A stretch of DNA of 63,848 nucleotides, counting the filler, from Reclinomonas americana ATCC 50394 (Eukaryota), in assembly GCA_048213135.1 (NCBI GenBank). It is 5 parts of 3 records of this genome, joined end to end, with 100 filler letters (N's around TTAATTAATTAA, not from the genome) between each part and the next. Parts side by side here need not be neighbours in the genome. Positions count along the whole stretch, not along the records: positions 1 to 29,486 come from PS015121.1; 4 more parts are not named here. One strand, given 5' to 3'. The translations under genes were made by a program, and so were the position numbers. Each line of letters starts with the position of its first letter. Within the stretch, counting starts at the first letter, position 1. Under the pieces are notes generated by a model. It saw nothing but the letters and a program-made list of their open reading frames with translations. It did no database searches and was not told the DNA's origin. Below, piece after piece: positions 12,924 to 28,601 of the stretch.

Positions 12924-13210
12924 ATGTCGGAACGCGTGGAAAGGGACCTGTACGCCGTGCGTGCAACAGTGGAGCAACTGTTTCGTCGACTGTGTGTGAG
13001 AGGGAGAGACAGCAGTGCAACACTGACGCTCACGAGTCGCTTGCTTGTGTGCACATGTGTGTGTATTTCGCCTCTCGCAGGAACGAATCACTGGAGCGAC
13101 TCAATCGCTTCTGTGGCGCAGAGGGCGAACTGCAGCAGGCGCAGGCGCAAGTGCTGCAATCGATGAGTGCGTGGACGACTGCCATGACATCCAACAAGCC
13201 ACCATCATGA
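12924..13210 (+). CDS. Small ~60 aa coiled-coil protein resembling DASH/Dam1 complex subunit Dad4
   Basis: Intron 12980-13080 (CT|GTTTCGT...GCAG) gives MSERVERDLYAVRATVEQLNESLERLNRF...SMSAWTTAMTSNKPPS; the VExLNES...LN pattern, W and terminal KPP recall Dad4. Confidence 0.55.
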
Positions 13211-13324
13211 TGAGATTGAGATAATACGATGCATACATTGTTAACGACGATGAGATTATGACTTGAGGATAGACACACACACAAACAACAACACACTTAT
13301 TTCCACACCCCCTCTCCATCTCTC

Positions 13325-16300
13325 TCAAGCCACTGGTGCAGCCATCAATCGGCGCAGGCGCTTCTGGTGCTTGGCGGAGAGGTGTGCGGCGTATTGTTCC
13401 AGATTGACGCCCGAGGCTTGCAGGTGCTGGAGGTACTGCGCAGCCTTGCGGCCGGTCTCCTCAGTGATGAACTGCGAGCCCCACACGCTCGAGAAGACTT
13501 CCACCACTCGCGGCAGCGATTCCACGGCGGTGACCACCGGGTGTTGACTGAAGAGAAACAAACATGAGCAAACCAGCAACAACAACAACGACGACAAGAT
13601 GCATGCAACGAAACGATTCAATGAGGCCCATCAGCACGTCGTACACCTTCTTCGCCTCGCCCGGATCGCCCATCACTGGCAGATGGTTGAACCAGTACGA
13701 GAAGGTCTGCATGCGCTCATGTGAGTATCGCGGCACGGTGCACAACAAGAAAACAAAGTAAACGAGTTGGCTCACCTCGTCGGGATTGCTGAACGACTCC
13801 GGGTGGCATGTGAGCGCCCTCCACAGTCCGTTGACGGCGTTGCAGCGTGCGCCCTCAAACCTCCTAATTGAGTTGTGTGCCTCCTTGTCCGACATGCGAA
13901 CAAACAGCGGAATCAATGCTGCACATTCGCACTGTCAGCCCCAGCCACACTCCCCTCCCTGCTCTCGCCACCACTCGTCGTCACGCAACTGTCAGCACAC
14001 TGGCTCCACACCTCTGGCGGCGCGCGCTCCGCAAACAAACTGCAGCCGTACATCGAGGTCTGTCGAATCTCCTCCGAGTCGTCGGTGGTGTACGAGATCA
14101 GAGTCTGCAGAATGAACGGCGCATTCTCCGACACGACCGCGTTGGCGAACTCGATCAGGTCGCAGAACACGCACACGGCGGCCAGGCGGTACGCGTGCAC
14201 CGAGTCGGTCGACTAAAACCAGAGAGAGATATTAGATGCTGTGCAACGCACGCGGCTGATCATCCATTTTCTTCAACGCACCGCCATGGAGCACACGGCC
14301 TGCCAGAAGGTCTCGTAGAAGAACGGCAGGAATGTCTCGTGTGTCTTGATCAGGCCGCCGGTGAATTCCGACCACTGTCCAATGATCATGTTCTCGAACT
14401 CGAACCTGTCCTCAAAGGCATTCTCCTCCGCACCCTCCGCCAACTCCTCCGCCATGTCAGCTGTCGAGAGTGCGACATGAGTCAAACACACAGACACGCA
14501 CGCGCATGCGGCGACACATGCACGAACCCTGCAACTTCTCGCGACGCTCAGAGCTCGCAGTCAGGAGGAAGTTGAGCATCTCCGTCAATNNNNNNNNNNN
14601 NNNNNNNNNNNNNNNNNNNNNNNNNNNNNNNNNNNNNNNNNNNNNNNNNNNNNNNNNNNNNNGTCGTCATCTGCGCCTCCGACAAGAAGTTTCTGCCAGA
14701 CACATCCACCGCCTGATCGAAACCAGTTCAGCACACGATGATCACAAAAAACGAAACAACAGATCCAAACGACAAACCTCACGCATCGAGTCAATGGCAG
14801 TGACTTGTGCCTCGATCTCGTGCTCCTTGGTGATCTCTTGCACAATGTCGTTGAAGAAACGGTTGAAGACGCCAATCACTTGCTGCTGATCGCCGGTGGC
14901 CTCGCGCACAGCCTTCAGCAGCGCCGGCATGAGGGTGCATGCGGTTTGGCGCACCTCTGCAAATCCATAACAATGAGTTTCCATCATGCAGCACACTCTA
15001 CCGAGGACGACGTACCAGGCAAGAAACGGAAGTTCATCAGCGGAATGCACGCCTGCAGCGTCTCCTCAANNNNNNNNNNNNNNNNNNNNTGAACTCGGCG
15101 TAGCCACCCTCCAGCGTTGTCACGTAGTCCAACAGCTTGTCCAGCGCCGCCGCCTTTTCCTGCAGCTCCGTGGTTCGGATCGACACACGACGCACACCTA
15201 CGCGTAACCAAGTGACATTATCAGCCAAAATGCCGTGAGACAATCAATCGCAGAGAGACGGGGGGGCACTCACCGACACCCTTGAACTCGAATGTCATGG
15301 TGCCCCAGCCGTCCTCTGGGTCCGGCTCTGGCTCATCGCCACACGTCACGAGCATCTCGGTCTCGCGGCGAACGCACACCAGCAGGCCCGGGATTACAAA
15401 GCGCAGGTACGGCACAAAGTCCTCCTTGAGCACCGAGCAGAGGCGAGTGTAGGCCTGCTGGATGAGCTCCGTCTCCGGGTCCTCGTACTTCAAGTGAGCG
15501 GCTGGAACATTGACAAATCAGTGACACACTCGTATCGCAAGAAGAAATGTGACTCCCCGCCCACTCACCAACGTCGCCCATCACTTGCATCAAGCCGAGC
15601 GCATCATTGATGCACATCTCCTTGCCGACGGCGCAGCACACCAGCGACATGGCCTCAAAGATGCGGCCGCGCAGCTCCTGATCTCGCACCGTCGTGCACG
15701 ACGCCAACATCGTCTTCAGCACGTGCATCAGCGACTCGTAGTACTGCGTGCAGATAGAGAGGGTGAGGAACCGACTGACTGGGAATGAAACAGATGCATT
15801 CCCAACACACACATACCGGTCCAAAGTGGCCCTCTGAGCACTGCGCCAGCGACGAGATGGACTTGACACCCTCCTCGCGCACCATGTGCACCGGCGACTC
15901 CAGCACCGTCACCAGCTTGGTGAGCAGCGGGTCGACAAACTCATCCAGTGTCGACGTCACAAACTCAGTGTCGGCCAGGTCGAAGAAGTTTTGCACAATC
16001 GACGCAGCCTGCGCCTGCACGCGAACGACCGGATCCTCCATGGTCTGGATCATGCTGTTCAGCAGCGGCTCGTAAAAGTCATGCTGCATCCTCGGTGAAA
16101 TGTCGATGCAGAACTGGCCAATCGTGCCCAGTGCCGCCCACCGCACGTGCATTTGCGGGTCCGACACGCGATCCACAATCAGACTGTGCACGCACGAATG
16201 AGAGACGAGCGCGGAATCATCTCACGCGTGTGACCAAGACGCAACGGAATGAGGTTCTGCAGCTCGCTCTCAAACTCGGCAGTGCACCCCTCGGCAATGA

Positions 16301-17949
16301 CAGTCAAGATCTGCAGCGCCGCAAACCGACCCTTCCAGTCCTCGCTGTAGGCCAGCGTGTTGACGGTGTCGACCACCAGCGGCGCGACAAAGTCGCCGCC
16401 AATCGCAGTGGCCACACGATCCAGAGTCTCCAAGCCAATGTCATACGGCACATCCTCCAGCTCGTCGGTCTCCACCTTGGAGCCCCAGTCCTCCTCTGGC
16501 TCGTAGCTCAACAGCCATTGCACGCCGAGCTCCAAGATGGTCGGCACAAAGTTGGCCATGCCGCGCATGGTCTCGGGGATTTGCTCGCACAGCGTGGTGA
16601 GGAACTCCAGCGACTGCGACTGCAGGTCGAACGGCACACTTGGTGTGCTGGCAAACTGGTAAAACAGGGCGGCGGCGTCGTTGAGGTAGGGCTTGAGGAA
16701 GGCGGGGCGGCTCTCGGCCACCTCGATCACAACCTCGAAGCACTTTTGGGAGGCGTCGTGATCGCCGGCGGTGATGCAAAAGAGGCACGTTTCGAGGCTG
16801 GCAGGCACGAGATCTGGAACATGCGTGTGCGCAGTCAGTGGGCGCTGGCGTCAACTCATGATCACTCACTCCCGACTCTCACTCACCCTGCAGCTTCTTG
16901 CGATCGCTGGCCTTTTTCAGCGTCAACACAAATCCCAGGACGGTGCGAATGGCCTCCACGCGCACATTGATGGCTGAATCGTTCAGACCGGCCACAAAGA
17001 TGGGCTTGATGGCGTCGATGGCCTCCTCAATACCGGCCACGTAGCCGCACACCTCGTTGAAGATCAGCAGCGCAGCCTCGCGCATAATCGGGCGATCGGC
17101 GTGCGCCAACTGGAACAGTGCCGGAAGCAGCTCGGGCCAGCCTGCGTGTGTGTGTGGGTGGTGCAATTAGGTCAACAACCGCGGAGAGCGGGAGGGTGGC
17201 GGGTGGGGGAGAGCACACACCTTCCTCGGCCGAGCAGGCGCACACGGTGCCGATCACGTCGCACACGTTGCGTGCAATGTTCTCCTGCTGCTCCTCATTG
17301 ATGGCCGCCAACAGCTCCGCCTTGAGCGCCAGCTGTGTGTCCTTCTCCAGCGCCGCCCACACATCGGTCTCATCCATCGTAAACACCTTGCGCATCAGCA
17401 CAGCAGCGCCCTGGCGGACCTGTGTACGTACACCCAAGCGAGCCGCTTCAGTGTCAAACTGATCGTCGAGCAAGCGAGCGATGCCCCTCTCGTTCTCGCT
17501 CTCACACACACATGCACACAGAGAGACACGACTTGCGACGGAGAGCGATCGGGGAGCGATTCTGGGGCGCCTCACAGGTCGCTCGTGCACATGCACATGC
17601 ACGAGCACACAGAGCCCAAATCGGAAATACTCTCTCTTCTTCTGCCGCCTCTCACGGAGCGGTGCTCACCTTGGGATCGTTGTGCTGTCTGATGATCTGG
17701 ATGTAGGAAAGCGAGAGGGAGTCGGGGTGCGCGAGTCCACTGGCAAAGTATGCCTCGGCGCGACGGATTTCGGGATTGTCGCCCGAGAGCATGGCGTACA
17801 ACGCATTCTCCACGTCCTCGGGAGTGCACTGGAGGAGGACAGCAGCAGCAGAAGAAGAAGAGGAGGAGAGCAGGGGGTGGGAGTAGGAGTGAGAGGTTTG
17901 ACAATGTTCAGGCTCACACACACGCACAGGCCACGCGAGCGCAAACCAT
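13325..17949 (-). CDS. IPO5: Importin-5 / karyopherin beta-3 (Kap121/Pse1 family)
   Basis: HEAT repeats with family motifs WPELLPALF, ETLDRVATAIGG, WKGRFAAL, VRWAALGTIGQF, LRGRIFEAMSL..AVGKE.F/C..DA, RLCSVLKEDFVPYL, IRTTELQEKA, WFNHLPVMGD..EA; about 14 introns. Confidence 0.93.
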
Positions 17950-18540
17950 TTATGGGGTCTATAACGGATAACAAGGTGGTGGATAACGGCAGAGGGGGAG
18001 TGCGGCGAGCTGGCTGTCGCTCGAACTGTTCTCTCGCAAAACGAGAAGATTTTTCAGGTGCCTTTCCCGCAAAAATGAGGCAAACGCAAACCCCCCACTG
18101 ATGATGCCGGTGATGGCGATGACAGTGGATGTGGGAGGTGTCGATGGAGCGTTCGTACACAAGCAGACAGTCGCCGACCATGAACGAGGCCCAGCGCTGC
18201 AGTCAGCGAAGAGTCGCGATATCGATCGAATTCAAACGTCGAACGCCGAGAACACATGATCACACGTCGATCGGCAAGGGCCGAGTTCGGTGGATTGCCG
18301 TGTCGCGGTAGCACATGCACACACGAGAGACCCGCACTTCGACGTTTATCGACAACTTCACGCACCAAAAAATCAGTCCTCAAACAGAAAAAAACACTGG
18401 TCACCCACGCACCTACTGCGCATATCGCCACAGCATGCCACGACCATTAGCAGCAGCGCTGCAGGCACGACACAACGAGACGTTCATGCTCGCACATGTC
18501 CTGCTCCGAGTATTGGCCGGCGGGCATCCCTGTCGTCGCG

Positions 18541-20688
<2,148 letters not shown>

Positions 20689-20785
20689 CCCCACGTGGCC
20701 CCTGCTTCTTTCCCGTTGTTGTTGTTGTTGTTCGTATGCGTACAATCGTAAAATGTGTACCATTTTTTTGTTGTCCCATTCATTT

Positions 20786-23403
20786 CTATCGCACATTGCC
20801 GTCGGTATCTGGCAATCGGTAATCCGCCAACTGGAACTGATCGTTCTCCTGGTACAGCAGCTCCCGAATCGTCTGCAGCAGCACGGTCTCATTCTCCACC
20901 GTCTCCTCGTCCTCATTGCCCTCTGCGCCCACCGCCAGTCAAATCATGCACAACGACAAGGAAAAAGAAACGGAGAACACCGTCACTCACCCAGCACCAG
21001 CTGCTCACCCCATCCTTGCGCCGCGCCGAGCGCCTCAATGGTCTGCAGCTTGGTCAGGAACACGTACTGCTCGTACAGCAGGCCGTACTCGATGCGACTC
21101 AGTTCACGCTCCTCGTCGAACAGTGCGTCGTGTGTGCGCAGCAGCATTTTCAGTTGCCGTCGTTGCGGGCGTAACCTGTGCGAGCCCTCCATGCCTTGCA
21201 GCTCGCGCAGAATCTCGCGCACAATCTGCCAGATCTTCATGCTCTGGCTGTGGTCGGCCAGCGTGCCGTACTCCTCTTCGTCATCCTCCTGCTCGTCGTG
21301 CTCCTCGCCATCAACCGTCTCGTCGACTTGTCTCCGCGCAGCTGCCAACGCTTGTTGCTGCTGCTGCTGTTGTTGTTGTTGTGCGGCAGGATGCGAAGCG
21401 TATCGCGACGGATCGTACATCTTGGGCGGTGGTGGTGGCGAGGGCATGCCGAACGACGAGTCGGCCACCGAATTCGACGTCGGCATCACAGGCGACAATT
21501 CCTGGTTGCCCATCCACACCGACGTCTTTGGTCGCACCGGTGACAGCGCCTCGTGGCCGGTACGCGGCTTGCGAATGGGTAGGCGCGACTGCGGCAAGGT
21601 GCGTCGAGGCGAGTGATCTGTGCCGGCATTGGCCTTGGGCGATGTCTCATGTGACGCCACCAATTCCTCGTCGCTGGAGGTGGCGTCCACGGCTTGTGGG
21701 GGTGGCGGTGGCCGCCGTGGCGGCTCCCGCCCGAGAGGCTTTTGCGGGAGTGGCGGAGCCATGGTTGTGGATGCTGCAGGCTGCGGCGGGGCCGGAGGTG
21801 GGCGATGCGGTTGTGCCGATGGTCGAATCGCGGCCGTCGGTGGCGGCGCCAACGCAGCGGCGGCGGCATTCGCGGTGGTGGTCAGTGGCAGAGAATCCGC
21901 AGCCCCAGCCGGGCGAGTGGACAACTCGCGAAACAGCGCCTCGTAGTCGGTGTGCGAGCGGTCCTGTCGTCCATTAAAGTTGTTGGTCGTTGCGGTGGTG
22001 GTCGTAGTGGTGGTGGCAGCGGTGCTGACGCCAGCGGTAGCTGGCTGAACAGTGCGTTGCTGTTGCAAGGCTGAGAGTGACACGGTAAAGGTGGGCGGGT
22101 TCGGTTGCGGCACCGGCTTGGGCATCGGTTGTGCTTGCGCCTGGGCCGGTGGCAGATCGGCATCGTCGGGCTCGCGCAGTTCTGTGGCGCGGTACAAGGC
22201 CAGCACTCTGTCGCGCACGAGCCCCATGTGAGTGAAAACATGCATATGCATCTACATACGCGCAAGCGCTGATGAAACTTCTCAATGTCCAGCTGCTGAG
22301 CTGTACCCTGCGTCCACGCCGGCTCGTCGGCCCTGGGAACCCGCCATTCGCCCGCCTCCGCCGCGGCAGCATTCGCCTGTGCCGACCCGCCACCGCGTCG
22401 CGCCGCTCCCGTGGTCAGAATACGCGTGGTGGTGTTGCGCTGCGTCGGAGGCGGCGCGACTTGCGGCGCCGGTCGCGAGTAAAAGCTCATGGGATCCGGC
22501 TGTGGCTGCTGCGGCTGTTGGTGCTGCTGGTGGTGCTGCATGGCGGCAACCGATGCCGACGGCATTCCACGACGCGCATTCTGCAACTGCATGCGCGCCA
22601 CCAGATCGCTGGCAGTGACCACATTATCGCCCGTCTCCACGCGCATGTTGTAGTACGGTTGTTGCTGCTGCTGTTGCGACGACGACGGTCTGGGCGCCGC
22701 TGCGGCCGCCGCCGCCCCAGCAGCACTGGCCGCTCCCACGGCCACCGACGGCCGGCCCAACTGCGACAGCGTCTCCTGTCGTGCCGACATCTCCTGTCGC
22801 ACTTGCTCCACTGTAGGCGCCGCCGGAGCCTCATGCCGCAGCGTGCGCAGCGGTCGCAAATCACGCTCGAGCTCCGCAAATCGCGAATGCATGTCCATGA
22901 GATGTGCACTGTGAGCCGCGTAATGAGCCTCCGGCAGCAGCAGCACAAACACGACTCCCTGCTCTCTCTCTCTCTCTCTCTCTCACGCACTCGGCATTGG
23001 TCGATCGCGTCACTGCTGCAGCACTCGCAGACGATGTGTACGTGCTTCCTCCTCCGCCTCCCCCGACAGCTCCCATGGCCGCCATCGACCCTGCGACTGC
23101 AGCAGTGGCGCGCACAGAGCCCTGGTCGCGCACATCACGCACAAGACGAGTGGCCAGCTGCGGAACACCCCACGTCTCATTCGCCTGCGAGCTTGTGAGT
23201 GAAGAGGGCCCACTCTCTCTTTCTCTTTCTCTCTCACACAACACACACACACACACCGAGTCTGTCGTTGTCACATGCGCAGCCAGTCGCTCACGAAACG
23301 CCTGCAGTCGCTTCTGTGTAACATGAACGCGCGCGCGTGTGTGTGAGTGCGAGTGTGCCAGTGGTGTGTGAGCGCGCGTAAAGTGGACCTGAAAATCAGT
23401 CAT
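20786..23403 (-). CDS. Large low-complexity protein with EB1-like C-terminal (EBH) domain
   Basis: C-terminus LLYEQYVFLTKLQTIEAL...VLLQTIRELLYQENDQFQL resembles EB1 LEKERDFYFxKLRxIE...xxxI.xILYATxxGF; Pro/Gln/Thr-rich middle; start MTDFQ|KRLQAF at 23403. Confidence 0.6.
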
Positions 23404-23563
23404 TTGCTGTTATGCCGACTGCACCCGCCGCCGCCGCCGCCCACTTGAAGCAACACAGCCAGACAGCCGATCAACGAGCCGACGACGACCTGACCGCAGC
23501 GACGACTTTGATCGCCATTTCGCGCACCTGGCGCCGCCATTTCAGTTGTCTCCTCCTTTGTCG

Positions 23564-26500
23564 ATGTCAGTGAGTGCGGTTCACGAGCAGGTTCTGCGCG
23601 GGCTGGAGAGTGCAGTGAGCGGGGCAGAAGGCGACATCGACTTGCATGTGTTGCATGAGTGTGTGCGACGATGCAAGAACTTGGTGGTCGGCAATCGGAA
23701 GCAGAAGGAGGCGTTGAGTGCGCGCGCGCTGCCACTGTTGTTGAGTGTGGTGGGGAGGTTGAGCGCCGACGTGCATGTGAGGTCAGTGGTGGGGGTGGGG
23801 GCGCACAAGTGAATCTGTGAATGAGTGTGATTGAGAGATATAGAGTGTGGGTGCGTGCGTGAGAGAGAGCATGTGTGTGAGTGTGTGAGAGAGTGGGTAC
23901 TGTGTGCGCGCGTGTGCGTGTGCGCGAGTGGGTGTGACGACATGTCGTTCCAATTCCTCATTGTCGTCGACACAGTCTCGTGGAAGACATTGTGGTGCAG
24001 GCATCGACCTGCCTCGGCAGCTTTGCTTGCAGTTTCGCACGCTCTCCCTCACCCTCTTCCGCCCTCCCTCCCGCTTGTCGCTCACACGTGTGATCGATTG
24101 CAGCGCCGCAGCCGGTCGACGCTTGCATTCCTGAGGATGCGGTGGATGTGCTGCTGCAGCTGCTGGTGATGCCGGAGGCGTCGAGCAAGGTGATTGAGTC
24201 GGACACGCGCACGCTGAAGTTGTGGTACCAGCATGTGTCGGCGCTGACGATTGCGCCGTTTGTGCGAGTTGCGTGAGGGCGAGGATTGTGCTCAGTGGAG
24301 ACGATGGGCTGGCTGATTGTGTGTGTGTGTGTGGCGCAGCATCCCGATGCAGTGCTGCGATTGACTGAGTTGTTGGAGTCGACGCGCGCGCACAGTGGGA
24401 GCGATCAGACGCAGCAGAATGTGGCGGCGTTGGTGAGCCGAGTGGTGTCGTTGCCGGAGTCGAGTGTCGTGTTTGACTCGCAGCGTCTGTTTGATGCCGT
24501 GCTGCGTCTGGTGTACTCAGAGTCGCCCAACGTTGCGTGTTGTTTTCCCCCTTTACATTTCTCTTTCTCTGTGTGTCGCCCGCATTCTCATCTCGCTCCG
24601 TTGCCACAGCTGCAAGAGGCTGGACTCGGCACGCTCGCCAGTCTGATCGCACGTGGTGATGCCAGCAGCACGCAGCAGCTGCTGCAGTCGTCGGCGGTGC
24701 TACGTGAGCACGTGACGGTGGCGCGAGTGAGCGATCGCGACGCTGGACCGTCGTCATCGTCATCGTCTTCGTCGGTGCCGTCGGCGGCGAGTGCCGTCGC
24801 CAGTCTGCAGGACGCTCTCGGTTCACTCGTGAAGAGCAAGCAACCGCGTACACGCAGTCTGGCGTGCGCATGGTGCGTGTGCTATGAGAGCAGAGGTGCA
24901 CTGGTGCGCGGTGATGCACTCACACCACACTCGCCCGATCGATCAGTTTGGCCAGCATGCGACCGCGACCGTCACCCGCGGCGCTGATGTTTGGCGTGCT
25001 GCCGGCACTGATGAAGCTCCTCTCCGATCAGGTGCCGTTCATCGAAGAAATACCCTTTATTCTGAGTTGCGTACGTGGCACCCGAGTCGTCACGCTCCGG
25101 CATCGTCGCCACTCACTGTCGCCCACAACCAGGCACGCTGGTGCGATCGGACGTGGAGTTGCAGAGGGCGGCGTTGAATGGTGATGTGATTGCCAAGGTG
25201 GCACCGTTGCTGGAGAATCCGTTGCCGCGCGCGCGTGAAGGCGTGCTGCGCCTGCTGGCCGCACTCTCGGCCGAACGTGAGGAGGGTCGCAAGGCCGTGA
25301 TCGACGCGCAGTTGGTTCCGCGCGTGGTGGCGGCGTTGAGTGACACCTCGTCGGCACGAGTGCGCGCCGCTGCCTGCGACTGCTCTCGGTGTCTGTCGCG
25401 GTCCACCAAGTACCTACGCACCACGCTTGTACAGGAGGGCATTGTGGCGCCACTGATGACGGTGAGTGCTGCGATGGGGAGAGGGGTGAAGAGGGGAGAG
25501 AGCGCTGAGTGTGTGTGCATATCTGCCAGCTTCTGGATGACGCCGACACCGAGGTTCGCAACTTGTGCCTGGCGGCGCTGTGCAATCTGGTGGTCGACTT
25601 TTCGCCGTTGAAGACCACGTTTGTGGATAATGGTGGCGTGGCGCGTGTGGCGGTGCTCCTGGAGGTTTGTGTACGACTTTGATGACACACGAGGTGATGG
25701 ATCTCGCTCACTTCGTGACATGCAGCGATCACAGCCGAGTGCTGTGCGTGAGCACGCTGTGTGGCTGTTGAAGAATCTGCTGTTCCACGCCGGCGACGCC
25801 GTCAAGGAGAACGTGTTGTCGCACGTGGGCTTTGATCACATTTTCAGGTTCATCTCTCATGTTTGGGTCACCATCCCACCGCACATGCCCTCAATCTCGT
25901 GCTCGCTTGTAGATTGTTGGAGGATAGCGACAAGCGAGTGGCGATTCAAGCCATCAAGCTGGTGCGCAACTTGATGTCGCCCGATGCGGCCAACATTGCC
26001 GCCGTGCTGGAGGCCGAGAATGGTGAACTGTTTGGCTTGCTGAAGCGGATCGCGCGGTCGGCGGTGGGCAGAGCAAATCGCAGTGTGACCTCTGATGTAG
26101 AGATGCAAGACGCGTCGGCGGCGTCGAGCATGGAGGTGGAGCAGCGTGGCGGCGAGGCGGAGGAGGACGATGAGGAGGAGGAAGATGACGGAGAGGGAGG
26201 AAGAGGAATGGCTGTGTCGCCACAGGGCGGCAGCAGCAGCAGTGCTGCGGTGGGCACGGCAACGTCGCCTGTGGTCGCCAGTGACGGCAGTCTGCGTGAA
26301 GAGCTGCTGTCGCAGGTGCTCTTCTGCTTCACCAATATTGCGTCGGGCAGTCAGCGACAAAAGGACGTGCTCTGCAACGATGCCGAGTGTGTGCGCATTC
26401 TATTATCTGCACTGGTGAGTAGGCGAGAGCGAATAGAGATGGGTGTGTGTGTGTGCGTGAAGAGCCGAACTGACCGCAGTTTGCTGTGCGCAGAAGCACA

Positions 26501-26847
26501 CAAACGCCACCGTCGCCGAGCCGGCTCTGTGGACCATTATCAACCTCGTTCTGGAACGGACCGCCGGACACCGCGAGCGAGCCGTGCGCCTCTTGGACGC
26601 CGGTATCCACGAGGCACTCGTCGATCTCACCTCCGGAACCAGCAGCGCCGCAGCTCCGATCGCTTCGCCCGGGGCTCCGGCCTCGTCACCCGGGGCTCCG
26701 ACTGTTGCAGCAGCAGCCTCCGCCGCCGCCGGTGGAAGCACTCGAGATCCGCAAGTGGCCAGCCGCGCCAAGTTTGCACTCGACGAGCTCAACAGGGCGC
26801 TGAGCGAGCGACAGTCGCGATCGTCGTCTGAAAATGTAGTCATTTGA
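23564..26847 (+). CDS. ARMC8: Armadillo repeat-containing protein 8 (GID/CTLH E3 ligase subunit, Gid5/Vid28-like)
   Basis: CKNLVVGNRKQKE, VRAAACDCSRCLSRSTKYLRT, AALCNLVVDFSPLK, AVWLLKNL, QAIKLVRNL, QVLFCFTNIASG, LWTIINL; 10 introns. Confidence 0.88.
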
Positions 26848-27041
26848 AAATTGCTTGTCCTCGCAATCAATCGTTGCAAACCTTGTGGTGAGCGCAGTGA
26901 CTTGATCGAATGATGTTCCTTGCTGATCTCTCTGTCACGCGCACAGACTCGACTCAGTCGCTTGTGACTGGAGAAGGGGGAAGACAAGCAACGCGCACAC
27001 ACCACTCTGTGTGTGCGCGCGCGTGTGTGACTGACAAGAGA

Positions 27042-28510
27042 ATGTCACACCAAAACAAAGTCATTGGTGACTACATAGTCACACCACAAAAAATGTGAGT
27101 TTGTGTGCCGCATAGAGAGAGGGGGGCGATGACAACAGTGCGAGAGAGTAACGCGATGTGTTTGTGTGTGTGTGACAGTGGATCTGGATCGTTTGCGATT
27201 GTGTGGCGAGGTCGACATCGGGAAACCCTTCGCGATGTCGCTGTCAAGGTTATCTCCAATGATAAGCTCTCACCAAAGAGCAGGGAAAACCTGGCACAGG
27301 TGAGAGAGAGAGAGAAGAGAGAGACGAAGTGAGAGAGAGAGAGTGCGCGCGTTGACTTTTATGTAACGCTTTTGTTTGTGCTGTGTGTTTGTGTGCGTAG
27401 GAGATCAAGATCTGCCAGGAGCTGAGGCACCCGAACATCGTGGGTTTGGAGTACTCGCAGGTGAGAGCGAAGAGAGCGTGGAGCGCGCGCGTGTGCGTGT
27501 GTGTGAGTAGTGATCACCCACCGACTGACACTTGCCCGACTCTCTCTCTCTCTTTCGCACGCGCGTGCTCACTCGCTCATGTCTCACACGCGCACACACG
27601 TAGAGAGAAAGGGGAGGCGGAAGAAAGAGAGAAAGAGAGAGAGTGTGTGTGAGCAGGAGCGGTTACTCTTGATTACGCGGGAAATTCTCTTTCCCCCGGC
27701 CGGGCACGCCCGTACTCCGTACATCTATGTGGTTGCTGTCAGAGACATTGCGGGGTGTGGTGCAGACAGATGCGCACGCCATCGCCCCGTGTGTGTGAGG
27801 TATTCGTTGTGCGTCGTTCTCAGTTCTCAAATTAGACCTCGCATCCGCGCTCACGCACACTCACACTCCGGGCCCGCTCGCTTCTCTCGCATTCGCGATC
27901 GTTCGTGTGCATCGCAATGAGAGCATCACTTGTGTGTCTCTGTGTGTCTCTCTGTGTCTCTCTCTGCGTGTTCTATTCCCTTCAGTCTCTGCACCAGATG
28001 CCACGCGTCGCTGTCATATTTTACACAAGGATTTTCTGCACCATACTGACCTATGCGATCGCGTGTGTGTGTGTCGTGTTGCTTGCACAGACGGGCCGAG
28101 CGCATGTGTATTTGTTTATGGAGTTCTGTGCCGGCGGAGACATGTCGCATTTCTTGCGACAGCATGGACCCCTCCCGGAACATATCGCGCAGAACTTTTT
28201 GCGACAGATTGGTGCGTGCGAATCTTATTGCGTGTGTTGCCACGTAGTGTGAGGCACCTCCACACTGTAACACACGCGCACACCCTATTTGCCTCTCATT
28301 CCCTGCGGCGTTCACTGACGTGTGTGCGCAGCACGCGGACTGGCATTCCTGTACACGCGGAACATTGTGCACCGCGACCTGAAGCCGCAGAATCTGCTGC
28401 TCAGCGAGGCCTCGTACCAAGCCGTGATCAAGATCGCCGACTTTGGATTCGCCAAATCGTTTGACGATGACTCGATGATGACCACCATCTGCGGCACCCC
28501 GCTCTACATG
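27042..28510 (+). CDS. ATG1: ATG1/ULK serine/threonine kinase, N-terminal half
   Basis: [71 protein letters not shown]. Confidence 0.85.
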
Positions 28511-28601
28511 GTACGTTGTGAAACGAGGGTTGCATGAACCAAGTGACATTTGACGGACGCGCGCATGCTGTTTGCGCTTCCNNNNNNNNNNNNNNNNNNN
28601 N

